Part shown: positions 18,917 through 28,547 of the stretch, one piece after another
How positions within the stretch are numbered: position 1 is the first letter of the stretch
How the letters are laid out: the number at the start of each line of letters is the position of its first letter
Source: Polyangiaceae bacterium
GTDB lineage: Bacteria; Myxococcota_A; Polyangia; Polyangiales; Polyangiaceae
Direction of reading: 5' to 3'
NCBI GenBank assembly: GCA_035063585.1
Contig: JAPSGB010000002.1
Location: forward strand, 1 to 64,000
Length of the DNA: 64,000 nucleotides
The notes under the pieces: model-generated
Databases searched by the model: none
What the model was told of the DNA's origin: nothing
The model's input: the letters and a program-made list of their open reading frames with translations, nothing else
Program-made: the position numbers and the translations under genes

Positions 18917-19770
18917 GCCGCCGGCTCCCCCGCCGCAGGTGCGTCGATGAGCTCACTGATGAAGCGCGCCACCCGCTCGGGCGCTTCGAGCATGGGCAGG
19001 TGCCCTGCGCCCTCGACCCACTCCGTCCGCGAGGGGCGAAGGGTCGCGTTCAGCTTGCGCCCCGCCTTCGCGGAGAGCACCCGGTTGTCGAGCCCCCAGA
19101 GCGTCGCGAGCGGCGGAAAGCCCGGCGGGGGCGAGAATGAGTCGAGGGCCCGATAGCTCTCGAGGTCGTCGAGCACCGCGAGCATCGACTCGATCTGGGT
19201 TGGGGTCGACATGCAGGACAGAAGCTCGCGCTCCTGCGCGATCTCGCTCGCGCGCCCGAGCGGGCCGTACTGGAAGCGCACCGCCTGCCTCGAGAGCCAG
19301 CCGGGGAGCGGCGAGCGCGCCGCGAACGCGTGGAGCTTGCCGGCGAGCTTCGGCGCGCGACGCTCCAAGCGCAGGAGCGGGCCGAGCTGGCCGGCGAGGA
19401 GGGTCGCCGCGGTGAGCGGATTGATGAGCACGAGCTGGCGAACATCGCTCGGACGCCGGCGGGTGAACGTGAGCGAGATGGCGCTCCCCATGCAATTTCC
19501 CACCAAGGTGACCGGAGCGAGCGAGTGCTCGTCGACGAAGGCGCCGAGGAGCTCGACGTAGGTGTCCATGAGGTAGCCCGAGCCGGGCTTCGAGGACGCC
19601 CCGTACCCGAGCAGATCGAGCGCGAAGACCTCGTGGCGCTCGGCGACGCGCGGCATGACCTCCCGCCAGATCGCGTGCGAGGTGCCGCCGTTGTGCAAGA
19701 AGACGACGGGGGAGCCGCGGCCCGAGTGCGCGTACGCGATGGTCCACTCACGGAAGTGAAATGCTTCCAT
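18913..19770 (-). CDS. Alpha/beta hydrolase with Cys at the nucleophile elbow
   Basis: DLLGYGAS, GNCMG and GAGHLPMLE motifs. Confidence 0.85.
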   Translation of the reverse strand: MEAFHFREWTIAYAHSGRGSPVVFLHNGGTSHAIWREVMPRVAERHEVFALDLLGYGASSKPGSGYLMDTYVELLGAFVDEHSLAPVTLVGNCMGSAISLTFTRRRPSDVRQLVLINPLTAATLLAGQLGPLLRLERRAPKLAGKLHAFAARSPLPGWLSRQAVRFQYGPLGRASEIAQERELLSCMSTPTQIESMLAVLDDLESYRALDSFSPPPGFPPLATLWGLDNRVLSAKAGRKLNATLRPSRTEWVEGAGHLPMLEAPERVARFISELIDAPAAGEPAA

Positions 19771-19873
19771 TTTGCCGTATCAAGCCACCGCGAGGAGGCG
19801 CCGGTCAAGGCGAGGCCCGGGGGCGCTACGAGCGAGCCAGCGCCCGAGCCTCGGGCGAGCTCATGGGTAGCGG

Positions 19874-20785
19874 TCAGCGCTCCGCGCCGGCGGCGCGCGC
19901 CGTCACGTCGCGGATCGCCGACGCGATGGCTCCGGGCACCTCCTCCTGAAGGAAGTGGCCAGCCGCCGTCACGGTCACCCGCGCGTCGGGGAGCGTGCGC
20001 TCGAGGTGGCGGCGCACGCGGCCGAGCACCGGATCGCGCTCGCCCCAGACGATCGCGGTCGGGCCCTCGAAGCTCTTTACCAGCTCCTCGCACACCCGCA
20101 GCCCCGGGATCGACGGGTGCCGGAAGGAATCCGGCACCATGCGCGCGAGCGCGAGCGGCGCGGTGCGGTCGCCGATGCGACGCAGCGGGAAGCGATAGGC
20201 GCGCGCGACCTCGCCGCGGATGCTCCGCCGATCCCCCTGCGCCCGCGCCAGCGCGATCTGCGGGAACCCGAACACCTTGAACGCGAGCTCGCTCACCACG
20301 GGGAGGCGCGCGAAGCGGTGGAACCGCGTCGGGGTAAACCCAGGGCGCGGTGGACCGATCACGGTGTTCAAGAGCACGAGCCCGGCCAGGCGCGCTCGCC
20401 GATCGGCGAGCGCGCGCAGCCCGATCGGGCCGCCCCAGTCCTGACCGACGAACACGAGCTCGCTCAGGTCGAGGGCGTCGATGAGCGCGCCCACCCAGCC
20501 CGCGTGGTGCTCGAGGGTGTGTTCGCTCGCGCTGCGGGGCTTGTCCGAGAAGCCGAGACCGATGAGATCCGGCATCACCAGCCGGAGCGGCTCGCCCGCG
20601 AGCTCCTCGGCGATCTTGCGGTAGAGAAACCCCCAGGTGGGGTTACCGTGCAGCAGCAAGATGGGGCGCCCCGAGCCGCTCTCCATCACGTGCATCCGGT
20701 AGCGCCCGACCCGCACCCGATAACGAGTGAAGGGCAGCCGCCGGGCGAGCCAAGGGGGCAGGTGCGTCGCGGGCAGCTTCTCCAT
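19874..20785 (-). CDS. Haloalkane dehalogenase/OleB-like alpha/beta hydrolase
   Basis: HGNPTW, PDLIGLGFSDKP, QDWGG, WGERDP and GHFLQEE motifs. Confidence 0.88.
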   Translation of the reverse strand: MEKLPATHLPPWLARRLPFTRYRVRVGRYRMHVMESGSGRPILLLHGNPTWGFLYRKIAEELAGEPLRLVMPDLIGLGFSDKPRSASEHTLEHHAGWVGALIDALDLSELVFVGQDWGGPIGLRALADRRARLAGLVLLNTVIGPPRPGFTPTRFHRFARLPVVSELAFKVFGFPQIALARAQGDRRSIRGEVARAYRFPLRRIGDRTAPLALARMVPDSFRHPSIPGLRVCEELVKSFEGPTAIVWGERDPVLGRVRRHLERTLPDARVTVTAAGHFLQEEVPGAIASAIRDVTARAAGAER

Positions 20786-20835
20786 GCGGGGCCCGATATA
20801 GCCGAACGTGCCCCGCGCGTGGTAGCTCCCGCTTC

Positions 20836-21285
20836 ATGCGCGCGGTCGTCCAACGCGTGAAGTGGGCGCGGGTGACGGTCGACGGCGAGCTCGTCGGCCG
20901 CATCGACGCGGGGCTCTGCGTGCTGGTCGGCGTCGCCCGCGGGGACCGCGACGCGGACGCGCTCGCGCTCGCCGAGAAGGTGGTGGGGCTTCGCATCTTC
21001 GACGACACCGCGGGCAAGATGAACCTCGGTCTCGACGAGACCGGCGGCGCGATCCTCGCCGTCTCGCAGTTTACGCTCCTCGGCGACGCGCGGAGGGGGC
21101 GGCGACCGAGCTTCGGCGACGCGCTCGAGCCCGAGGCCGCTCGCGCGCTCTTCGAGCGCTTCGCCGCGCGGTGCCGCGAGCTCGGACCGCACGTCGAGAC
21201 CGGGCGCTTCCGCGCGGAGATGCTGGTCGAGCTCGCCGGCGATGGTCCGGTCACCATCTTGCTCGACACCGAGAAGACCTTCTGA
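20836..21285 (+). CDS. dtd: D-aminoacyl-tRNA deacylase
   Basis: MRAVVQRV, SQFTL, GRRPSF and DGPVT motifs. Confidence 0.97.
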   Translation: MRAVVQRVKWARVTVDGELVGRIDAGLCVLVGVARGDRDADALALAEKVVGLRIFDDTAGKMNLGLDETGGAILAVSQFTLLGDARRGRRPSFGDALEPEAARALFERFAARCRELGPHVETGRFRAEMLVELAGDGPVTILLDTEKTF

Positions 21286-21394
21286 CGCGGCCGTCGCGCG
21301 GTGGCGCCCGCGACGCCGGCCGCGCCGAAACGGCAAGCCCCCCTGCCCGGACCGCTTGCGCCCGCCGCGGGTTTCGTCGAAATATGCGCCGGCG

Positions 21395-21748
21395 ATGAAC
21401 GGCTGCATCTTCTGCAAGATCGTCACGGGAGAGATCCCCGCGACCAAGGTGTTCGAGGACGAGCACGCGCTCGCGTTTCGCGATCTCGATCCGAAGGCGC
21501 CGACGCACGTCCTCGTGATCCCGCGCAAGCACATCACCGGCATGACCTCCATCGAGCCGGAGGACGAGGCCGCCGTCGGGCACCTCTTCTCGGTGGCGAC
21601 CGCGGTCGCCAAGAGCGAGGGCATCGTGAGATCCGGGTTTCGCGCCATCGTGAACAGCGGGCCGGACGCGGGACAGTCGGTGTACCACCTGCACATGCAC
21701 GTGATCGGCGGCAAGGCCATGGGCTGGCCTCCCTTTCCGGGCGACTGA
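21395..21748 (+). CDS. Histidine triad (HIT/HinT) nucleotide-binding protein
   Basis: CIFCKI, GQSVYHLHMHVIGG and GWPP motifs. Confidence 0.95.
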   Translation: MNGCIFCKIVTGEIPATKVFEDEHALAFRDLDPKAPTHVLVIPRKHITGMTSIEPEDEAAVGHLFSVATAVAKSEGIVRSGFRAIVNSGPDAGQSVYHLHMHVIGGKAMGWPPFPGD

Positions 21749-21817
21749 GCCGAGCGCGCGCTCGGGCCGTCTCGGGCATTGCCGCGGCGCGGCTCGCGCG
21801 GTAGACGCAAGGCCATC

Positions 21818-22246
21818 ATGCAGATTCGGAAGATGACCGCCGAGGACGTCGACGCGGTCGCGAGGCTCTATCTCTCCGCCTACGGCGTCGACTGGACGGA
21901 AGCGGGCGCGGCTCGCTACATCGGACGCTTCTTCGGGTTCGAGCCAGAGAGCTGTCTGCTCGCGATCGAGGGAGGCGGCGCGCTCGCGGGCGCAGTGCTC
22001 GCCTACACCTTCGAGAAGGAGACGGGCGTCACCCTCTACATCCAAGAGCTCTTCGTCCGCCCGGACGCGCGGCACAAGGGCTACGGCAAGCAGCTCGTCA
22101 CGCGGCTCCGGGAGTCGCTGACCAAGAAGGCGAGCAGCGTGAAGGTGAAGCCGCTCGTGAAGGCCGACGTGGGCGTCCTCAATTTCTACAACAGCCTCGG
22201 GTTCGAGCGCGGCAAGGCGGTCAGCTTCTCGTTCGACGAGGACTGA
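21818..22246 (+). CDS. GNAT N-acetyltransferase
   Basis: LFVRPDARHKGYGKQL and FYNSLGF motifs. Confidence 0.88.
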   Translation: MQIRKMTAEDVDAVARLYLSAYGVDWTEAGAARYIGRFFGFEPESCLLAIEGGGALAGAVLAYTFEKETGVTLYIQELFVRPDARHKGYGKQLVTRLRESLTKKASSVKVKPLVKADVGVLNFYNSLGFERGKAVSFSFDED

Positions 22247-22281
22247 CCCGACGGGCCGGGGTGAACTAGTATCGGCGCGGC

Positions 22282-23391
22282 ATGCTCGCCGCCCTCCGCC
22301 GACCGCTCATCGCGGCCCGTCCGCCGGCGCGCGGTCTCGCCGCGGCGCTCGCGCTCGCGGCGCTCGCGGCACCCGCCCGGGCGGAGCAAGAGCGCGAGCC
22401 GGTTCGGCTCGTCTACGCCGCGGCGCCCGGGTGCGCCTCGCGGGACGAGTTCGTCGAGCGACTGCGCGCCTACACGTCCCGCATCGAGCTCGCAGACGAG
22501 CAAGACGCGCGGGCGCGCCGCTTCGACGTCGTCATCGAGCCCGACCGTGACGGGTACCGCGGGCGGCTCACGGTCGAGGACCCGGCGGGGCGCGCGGCGG
22601 CGCGCGAGGTCCGCGGCGCGACCTGCAGCGAGGTGACGCTCGCGCTCGCGCTGGTGGTCGCGCTCGCCGTGGATCCGAACGCGTCGCTCGAGCCGGCGCC
22701 CGTCGCACCCGACGCGGCGGGGACGCCGGCGCCACCCGCCCCGCGCGCGGACCCGAGGCCGGCCGGCTCGGCAGAGCCCGCTCCCGCGGCGCCCGCCCCG
22801 CCGCCTCCCTCGCGAGCGGCGAGCCGGCGGGCGACCGCGCGCCCCTCGGGAGCAGCGAACGGGGGAGCTCCCGCGCTCGCGGTCGGAGCGACGGCCGCGG
22901 TCAGGTCCGCGCTCCAGCGCGCCGCGGCGCCGACCTTCGGCGTCGAGGTCGAGCTACGCGCCTCGCGCGCGGAGACGGCGCCGCGGCTTCGGCTGTCCGC
23001 GGAGGGGATGCCACCGGCCTCGATCTCCGGCCCCCGCGTCGGCGGGGTTCGGCTCGCCTGGCTCGGCGGGGCGCTCGCGGGCTGCCCGCTCGTCGAGGCG
23101 CTCGGCGGCGGCTGGACCGCCGGCCCCTGCGCGACCCTGTCGCTCGGCGCGTGGCGCGCCGAGGGCGAGCACGTGGTGGCGGCCCGGACGGACTGGCAAC
23201 TCTTCGTGGCGCCGGGCCTCTCGGGGTGGCTCGAGTGGGCCCTCACGGACCGGATCGCCCTCGGAGGAGCAGCTGAATTCGACTACTTGCTGGCGCGGCC
23301 GCGCTTCCGGCTCGACCCCGACGTCGCCCTCTTCCAGCCCCCCCGGGTGGGAGCCGCGGGCCGACTGACCCTGCGCGTGACGATTCCGTGA
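22282..23391 (+). CDS. Secreted hypothetical protein, putative outer-membrane partner of the ECF system
   Basis: Signal peptide; Cys pair; Pro-rich linker; alternating beta-strand C-terminal half; directly upstream of ECF sigma. Confidence 0.65.
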   Translation: MLAALRRPLIAARPPARGLAAALALAALAAPARAEQEREPVRLVYAAAPGCASRDEFVERLRAYTSRIELADEQDARARRFDVVIEPDRDGYRGRLTVEDPAGRAAAREVRGATCSEVTLALALVVALAVDPNASLEPAPVAPDAAGTPAPPAPRADPRPAGSAEPAPAAPAPPPPSRAASRRATARPSGAANGGAPALAVGATAAVRSALQRAAAPTFGVEVELRASRAETAPRLRLSAEGMPPASISGPRVGGVRLAWLGGALAGCPLVEALGGGWTAGPCATLSLGAWRAEGEHVVAARTDWQLFVAPGLSGWLEWALTDRIALGGAAEFDYLLARPRFRLDPDVALFQPPRVGAAGRLTLRVTIP

Positions 23392-23446
23392 TCGAACCGC
23401 CCGGGTCCGGCCATGTATGCGTCGGAATGCCGGTGTGGTGTGGTCG

Positions 23447-24028
23447 ATGATCGTGGCAGCCGAGCTTCCCGCGCCGCTCTCCCCCGACGCCGTGACCGCG
23501 GCGGGTCGAGACGCGCGCCTGCGCGCCATGGTGACCGACCACTTCGCGTTCGTGTGGCGCTCGGTGCGCCGCATGGGCGTCCCGGAGGCCGGGGCGGACG
23601 ACGCCGCGCAGGAGGTCTTCCTGATCGCGTCACGCCGCATCGACACCATCGACCCGGGCAGCGAGCGGGCGTTCCTCTTCGCGACGGCGCGTCGCGTCGC
23701 GTCGACCGCGCGGCGCACGGCTCTGCGCCGGCGCGAGGTGCCGATCGCGGACGCCAGCCCGGAGCACCCCGCCCCCGGGCCGGAAGAGCTCACCGACCGC
23801 AAGCGGGCGCGCGAGCTCATGGACCAGATCCTCGCCTCTCTCGACGACGACGAGCGCGCGGTGTTCGTCCTCTACGAGTGCGAGGGCATGACCGGCCCCG
23901 AGATCGCGAAGCTGCTCGAGCTCCGCCTCGGGACCGTCGCCTCGCGCCTTCGCCGCGCGCGCGCGAGCTACCAACGCGCGGTGGTCCGACTCGGGCCGCG
24001 ACGCCGCCAGGGGGCCTCCGACGCATGA
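23447..24028 (+). CDS. ECF RNA polymerase sigma factor
   Basis: FVWRSVRRMGV..ADDAAQEVF (region 2); EIAKLLELRLGTVASRLRRAR (region 4). Confidence 0.93.
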   Translation: MIVAAELPAPLSPDAVTAAGRDARLRAMVTDHFAFVWRSVRRMGVPEAGADDAAQEVFLIASRRIDTIDPGSERAFLFATARRVASTARRTALRRREVPIADASPEHPAPGPEELTDRKRARELMDQILASLDDDERAVFVLYECEGMTGPEIAKLLELRLGTVASRLRRARASYQRAVVRLGPRRRQGASDA

Positions 24029-24789
24029 CGTTTCCCAAGCGAATCCTCGAAGACGATGACCCCTCGCTCGAGGGCGCCGAGCTCCTCCGCTCGACGCTCG
24101 GTGACGAGCCCTCGCCGGCCGCCGAGCGCCGAACGCTCGCCGCGCTCGGGCTCATCGCGCCCTCCTCGCCGGTGAGCGCGCCGCCGCCGCTCCCGGTCGC
24201 GCCTCGCGCCGCGTGGCAGGTCGCCGCGCGGTGGCTCGCGCTCGCGGCGCTCGGCGGCGGGGTGGCCGCGCTCGCGCTCCGCGGCGCCGGCCGCGCCGAA
24301 CGACCCATCGGGCCGCCCGAGATCGCGCGCGGAGCGCCCGCTCGCGTCGCGGCGGAGGCGCCGAGAGCCGAGGAGCCGGCCCCGAGCGAGGTGCCGGCGC
24401 CGATCGCCGCCGAGGCGCTCCCGCTCGCCGAACCTGCCGCGCCGGCCAGCGCCGGCACGCGGGCAGCCGCGGGGGGCGCGACCGCTAGCCTCGCCGACGA
24501 GGTGCGCCGGCTCGCCCAAGCGCGCGGCCGACTGCAGGCGGGCGACGCCGCCGGCGCGCTCGCCGCGCTCGACGCCTATCGCGCAGACTTTCCACGCGGA
24601 AGCCTGCGAACCGAGGCGGCCGTGCTGCGCGTGGAGGCGCTCGCTCGACAGGGCCAGCGGAGCGCCGCGGTGGCGCTCGCGAAGCGATTGCTCGCGGCGC
24701 CCGGCGGCGCCGCCTACGCGCAGCGGCTCCGGAGCTTGCTCCCGGAGCTCGCGCCCGCTCCCGCGTCCCCCTCGAAGGAGAACCCGTGA
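24025..24789 (+). CDS. Putative anti-sigma factor (TM, Pro-rich linker, TPR-like C-terminus)
   Basis: ATGA overlap with the sigma gene; single TM; SLADEV...ALAALDAYRADFPRGSLRTEA. Confidence 0.75.
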   Translation: MTFPKRILEDDDPSLEGAELLRSTLGDEPSPAAERRTLAALGLIAPSSPVSAPPPLPVAPRAAWQVAARWLALAALGGGVAALALRGAGRAERPIGPPEIARGAPARVAAEAPRAEEPAPSEVPAPIAAEALPLAEPAAPASAGTRAAAGGATASLADEVRRLAQARGRLQAGDAAGALAALDAYRADFPRGSLRTEAAVLRVEALARQGQRSAAVALAKRLLAAPGGAAYAQRLRSLLPELAPAPASPSKENP

Positions 24790-26129
24790 CCCGAACCCGA
24801 ACCCACCTCTCGCTTCTGTCTCTCACGGCCGCGCTCGCGGCCCTCACCGGCTGCAGCGCAAACGGCAGCACGGTCGGTCAAGAGCCGTCCGGCAGCGGGA
24901 CCGGCGGCAGCGCGAGCGGCACCGGCGGAGCATCGAGCAGCACCGGCGGAGCGCCGGGCTCCGGCGCGGCGCCGGGCTCGGGCGGCTTCAACGCGGGAGG
25001 TGGCGCGGGGACGCCGAGCGGCAGCTGCACCCCGAGCGGTCCGGATCACGACGGCGACGGCTACACGGTCGAGCAGGGCGACTGCAACGACTGCGATCCG
25101 AACGCAAACCCGGGCGCCTACGACGTCGCGGGAAACGGCCTGGACGAGGACTGCTCGGGCACCCCGGACGACGAACCCACCGCGTGCGATCAGGGGCTCG
25201 CCCTCGAGGCGAACGACCCGATGGACGCCGCCCGCGCGCTCGGTCTCTGCCGAATCGCCAACGCGGGGAGCTGGGGCGTCGTCTCGGCGCGATGGACGGG
25301 CCCCGACGGAAGCTCACCGACCGGGATCAGCCCGCAAAAATGCTCCGCCGAGGGCGGCGGCAACCAGGTGCCAGCGAGCCCGCCGAACCCGCTGTCGCGC
25401 GGGATCTTACCGAAGTTCGGGAACGTCATCCGACCGCGCGAGGGCGGATCGCTGGTCGCGCTCTCGACCGGCATCGCCCGCGAAGGGATCAACCACTTCT
25501 CGCCGATGGGCGAGCTCATGTGCACGACCGGCAACGCGCCGCCCGGTTTCCCGAAGGACTCGCCAGACTGCAGCGTGCAGACCGCCAGCGTGAAGACGAC
25601 CATCGACTCGATCGCGCTCGAGCTCGTCATCAAGGTGCCCTCGAACGCGCACTCGTTCTCGTTCGCGTTCGATTTTTTCACCTTCGAATTCCCGGACTAC
25701 GTCTGCAAGAAGTATAACGACTTCTTCGTAGCGCTCCTTGCGTCGCAGCATCCGGCGACGCCCGCCGACAAGAACATATCGTTCGACTCGAAGGGCGGAC
25801 CGGTGAGCGTGAACAACGCGTTCGTGGAGGCATGTGATCCCAAGCTCGGTGCCACCACCCCCAAGAAGTACCCGTGCAAGCTCGGCGTGGCGGAGCTCGC
25901 GGGAACCGGCTTCCAGAAGAGCCAATGGGGCTCGGATCATGCTTCGACGAGCTGGCTCGGGACGACCGCATCCATCGTCCCTGGCGAGACGATCACGCTC
26001 CGCTTCGCGATCTGGGACATGAACGACGCCTTCCTCGACTCGACCGTGCTGCTCGATGAGTTCACCTGGTCGGTGGACCCCGCCTCGGGCGACACGCCGC
26101 CGGTCACCGCCCCGATGAATCCCAAGTGA
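24786..26129 (+). CDS. Lipoprotein with DxDGDG/DCND metal-binding motif and choice-of-anchor L-like domain
   Basis: LTGC lipobox; DHDGDGYTVEQGDCNDCDPNANPGA..GLDEDC; FEFPDYVC..YNDFF; DSTVLLD. Confidence 0.8.
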   Translation: MTRTRTHLSLLSLTAALAALTGCSANGSTVGQEPSGSGTGGSASGTGGASSSTGGAPGSGAAPGSGGFNAGGGAGTPSGSCTPSGPDHDGDGYTVEQGDCNDCDPNANPGAYDVAGNGLDEDCSGTPDDEPTACDQGLALEANDPMDAARALGLCRIANAGSWGVVSARWTGPDGSSPTGISPQKCSAEGGGNQVPASPPNPLSRGILPKFGNVIRPREGGSLVALSTGIAREGINHFSPMGELMCTTGNAPPGFPKDSPDCSVQTASVKTTIDSIALELVIKVPSNAHSFSFAFDFFTFEFPDYVCKKYNDFFVALLASQHPATPADKNISFDSKGGPVSVNNAFVEACDPKLGATTPKKYPCKLGVAELAGTGFQKSQWGSDHASTSWLGTTASIVPGETITLRFAIWDMNDAFLDSTVLLDEFTWSVDPASGDTPPVTAPMNPK

Positions 26130-26137
26130 GAGGCTCG

Positions 26138-27229
26138 ATGCACCCCCGCGCTCCGCTGTCCGCCGCCGCTCTCTGCCTCGCGCTCGCCGCGTGCGCAACC
26201 GCCGAGGATCTGCCGGACGGCACCGGCGGGGCCGCGAGCACGGGCGGCGCGACGGGCAGCGGCGGGATACCCGGGACCGGCGGCGCGACGGGCAGCGGTG
26301 GGATAACGGGAACCGGCGGCGCGACCGGTGGAAGCGGTGGCCTGGGAGGCGCAGGCGGCGCAGGCGGTGCGGCAGGCTTCGCGGGTGCGGCGGCCGGTGC
26401 CGGGGCGGCGGGCACGGCCGGTGCCGGCGGCGCTACCGGCGGAACCGGCGGCGCTACCGGCGGAACCGGCGGCGCTACCGGCGGAACCGGCGGCGCTACC
26501 GGCGGAACCGGCGGCGCTACCGGCGGGACTGGCGGCGCTACCGGCGGAACCGGCGGAACCGGCGGCGCTACCGGCGGAACCGGCGGGACTGGCGGCGCTA
26601 CCGGCGGAACTGGCGGCGCTACCGGCGGAACCGGCGGCGCTACCGGCGGAACCGGCGGCGCTACCGGCGGAACTGGCGGCGCTACCGGCGGAACCGGCGG
26701 CGCTACCGGCGGAACCGGTGGCGCTACCGGCGGAACCGGCGGCGCTACCGGCGGGAGCTGCTCGTCGTGCAGCAACCCGAGCGCGGCGTGCACCTCGAAC
26801 TCCAAGGATCGGAAGGGCTGCGCCAACGCTCAGCTCATCGGGCGAGATGCCTTCGCGGGCGGCGGCAGCTACTCGGCGTCGAACGTGACGCTGAAAGACG
26901 GCTGCTACGTGAACGCTTGCGGCTGTAGCGCTTACGGCAGCGACAACACCTATCGCATCTATCTCTTCGCTGGCGAGACGCTCACGGTGAGCGTGACCGC
27001 GAGCGGCTTCGATCCTGGTCTCGGGTGGTTCTTCCTCGGCGCGAGCGCGGGCGGGGCGAGCTGCGGCACGCAGCTGAGCGGCGGCTGCTCCGACGACGGC
27101 GCGGGCCATGCCTACACCGCCGCTCAGACCGGCTGGTACACCCTCGTCGTCGGCGCCACGAGCTACCAGAAACCCGGCGGCACCTATCGGCTGGACCTCA
27201 CGCTCGACGACTGCGTCTGCGGCTGCTGA
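26138..27229 (+). CDS. Lipoprotein with long Gly/Thr repeat linker and PPC-like C-terminal domain
   Basis: LAAC lipobox; (GGATGGT)n; AGETLTVSV..FDP..DD..GWYTLVV. Confidence 0.75.
   Translation: MHPRAPLSAAALCLALAACATAEDLPDGTGGAASTGGATGSGGIPGTGGATGSGGITGTGGATGGSGGLGGAGGAGGAAGFAGAAAGAGAAGTAGAGGATGGTGGATGGTGGATGGTGGATGGTGGATGGTGGATGGTGGTGGATGGTGGTGGATGGTGGATGGTGGATGGTGGATGGTGGATGGTGGATGGTGGATGGTGGATGGSCSSCSNPSAACTSNSKDRKGCANAQLIGRDAFAGGGSYSASNVTLKDGCYVNACGCSAYGSDNTYRIYLFAGETLTVSVTASGFDPGLGWFFLGASAGGASCGTQLSGGCSDDGAGHAYTAAQTGWYTLVVGATSYQKPGGTYRLDLTLDDCVCGC
26426..26755 (+). repeat. 21-bp coding tandem repeat ggcggcgctaccggcggaacc (about 15 units, GGATGGT)
   Basis: Near-perfect copies visible directly, with two 9-bp insertions. 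Confidence 0.95.
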
Positions 27230-27264
27230 GCGCGGACCGCAGCAACTTCCATACGGAGAATGAC

Positions 27265-28518
27265 ATGAACCTCGCGTCTCGTAAGTGGTTGACTGCCCTG
27301 GTTTGGTGCGGCGCGGCCGGCGTCGCGTGCAGCGCGACCGGTGGCGGTGGCTCCGGCGGCACGCCGGGCGGCGCGGGCGCGGGCGCGGGTGGCGCCGCCG
27401 CGAGCACCGGGAGCGGCGGCTCGAGCGCTGGCCCCGGCACCGGCGGCGGCAATGGGCTCGGCGGCGGTAACGGCTTCGATGCTGGCGGAAGCACCGACGG
27501 CTCATCGCTGAAGGACGGCGAGGCCTGCACCGGGACCAACACGACCGCGAAGCCCACGCCGCTCGGTGTGATGGTGATGTTCGACCAGTCATCGTCGATG
27601 GTGGGCGCGCGCTGGAACGCTATCGTGAAATCGCTCAAGGACTTCACCACCTCACCCGAGGCGGCTGGGATCCGCATCGCGCTCAACTACTTCGCGCTCA
27701 CCAAACCGTGCAGCTCGAACAGCGACTGCAAGAGCTCCTGGGGGAAATGCGGCTCGACCGGCTTCTGCACCTTCGACGACTACTGCGATGCCGCGGCCTA
27801 TGAGACGCCGGAGGTCGACTTCAGCGAGCTCCCGGGCGCCGCGGCGGCCATCGCCGCCTCGCTCGATAAGCACGCGCCGCTCTTCAACACGACCTCGCCG
27901 CCCGCGCTCGAAGGGGCGCTCCGCGCTGCGCGCACGCGCGCTGCCGCCGTCCCCCAGGAGAAGGTGGTGGTGGTGCTCATGACCGACGGCGAGCCGGACA
28001 GCATCACCTGCGGTTTCGGCAACAAAGACGCGCCGCTCGTGGTGAGCGCCGCGCAGGCGGGTCTCGCCGGAAGCCCATCGATCCCGACCTACGTGATCGG
28101 CGTCGGCAACAAGGTCGGCAACCTGAACGCGGTGGCGGCGGCCGGCGGCACCGGCAAGGCCTACATGGTCGACGGCGGCGGAGGCGCCGCGACCCAGCAG
28201 CAGTTCGTGGCCGCGCTGAACGCGATCCGCGGCTCGGCCCTGCCGTGCAGCTACACCGTCCCGCCGCCTCCGCCCGGTGAGACGCTCGACTACGACAAGG
28301 TCAACGTGGTCTTTACGCCGGACGGCGGTTCGACCGAGACGATCGGCATGGTACCGGGCGTGGCCGACTGCGGTCCGAAGGGCGGCTGGTACTACGACAA
28401 TCCGGCTCAGCCCAGCTCCATCATGGTCTGCCCGGCGACCTGCGACGTCTTCCACGGCGGCGCGAGCGGGAGCGTCGACATCCAGCTCGGCTGCGACACG
28501 GTCATTCAGATCAAGTAG
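27265..28518 (+). CDS. vWA-domain lipoprotein (CglB-like adhesin architecture)
   Basis: VAC lipobox; MIDAS DQSSSM; LMTDGEP; TYVIGVG; C-terminal GWYYD..CPATC. Confidence 0.85.
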   Translation: MNLASRKWLTALVWCGAAGVACSATGGGGSGGTPGGAGAGAGGAAASTGSGGSSAGPGTGGGNGLGGGNGFDAGGSTDGSSLKDGEACTGTNTTAKPTPLGVMVMFDQSSSMVGARWNAIVKSLKDFTTSPEAAGIRIALNYFALTKPCSSNSDCKSSWGKCGSTGFCTFDDYCDAAAYETPEVDFSELPGAAAAIAASLDKHAPLFNTTSPPALEGALRAARTRAAAVPQEKVVVVLMTDGEPDSITCGFGNKDAPLVVSAAQAGLAGSPSIPTYVIGVGNKVGNLNAVAAAGGTGKAYMVDGGGGAATQQQFVAALNAIRGSALPCSYTVPPPPPGETLDYDKVNVVFTPDGGSTETIGMVPGVADCGPKGGWYYDNPAQPSSIMVCPATCDVFHGGASGSVDIQLGCDTVIQIK

Positions 28519-28547
28519 CGCTCGGCTCGGCGCCCACCGAGCGGCGC

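Noticed and set aside
26104..26928. Pro-Val-rich and Arg-rich ORFs (PPVAPPV, RRYRRN) over the tandem repeat
   Set aside because: Alternative-frame and antisense shadows of the GGATGGT repeat in the lipoprotein
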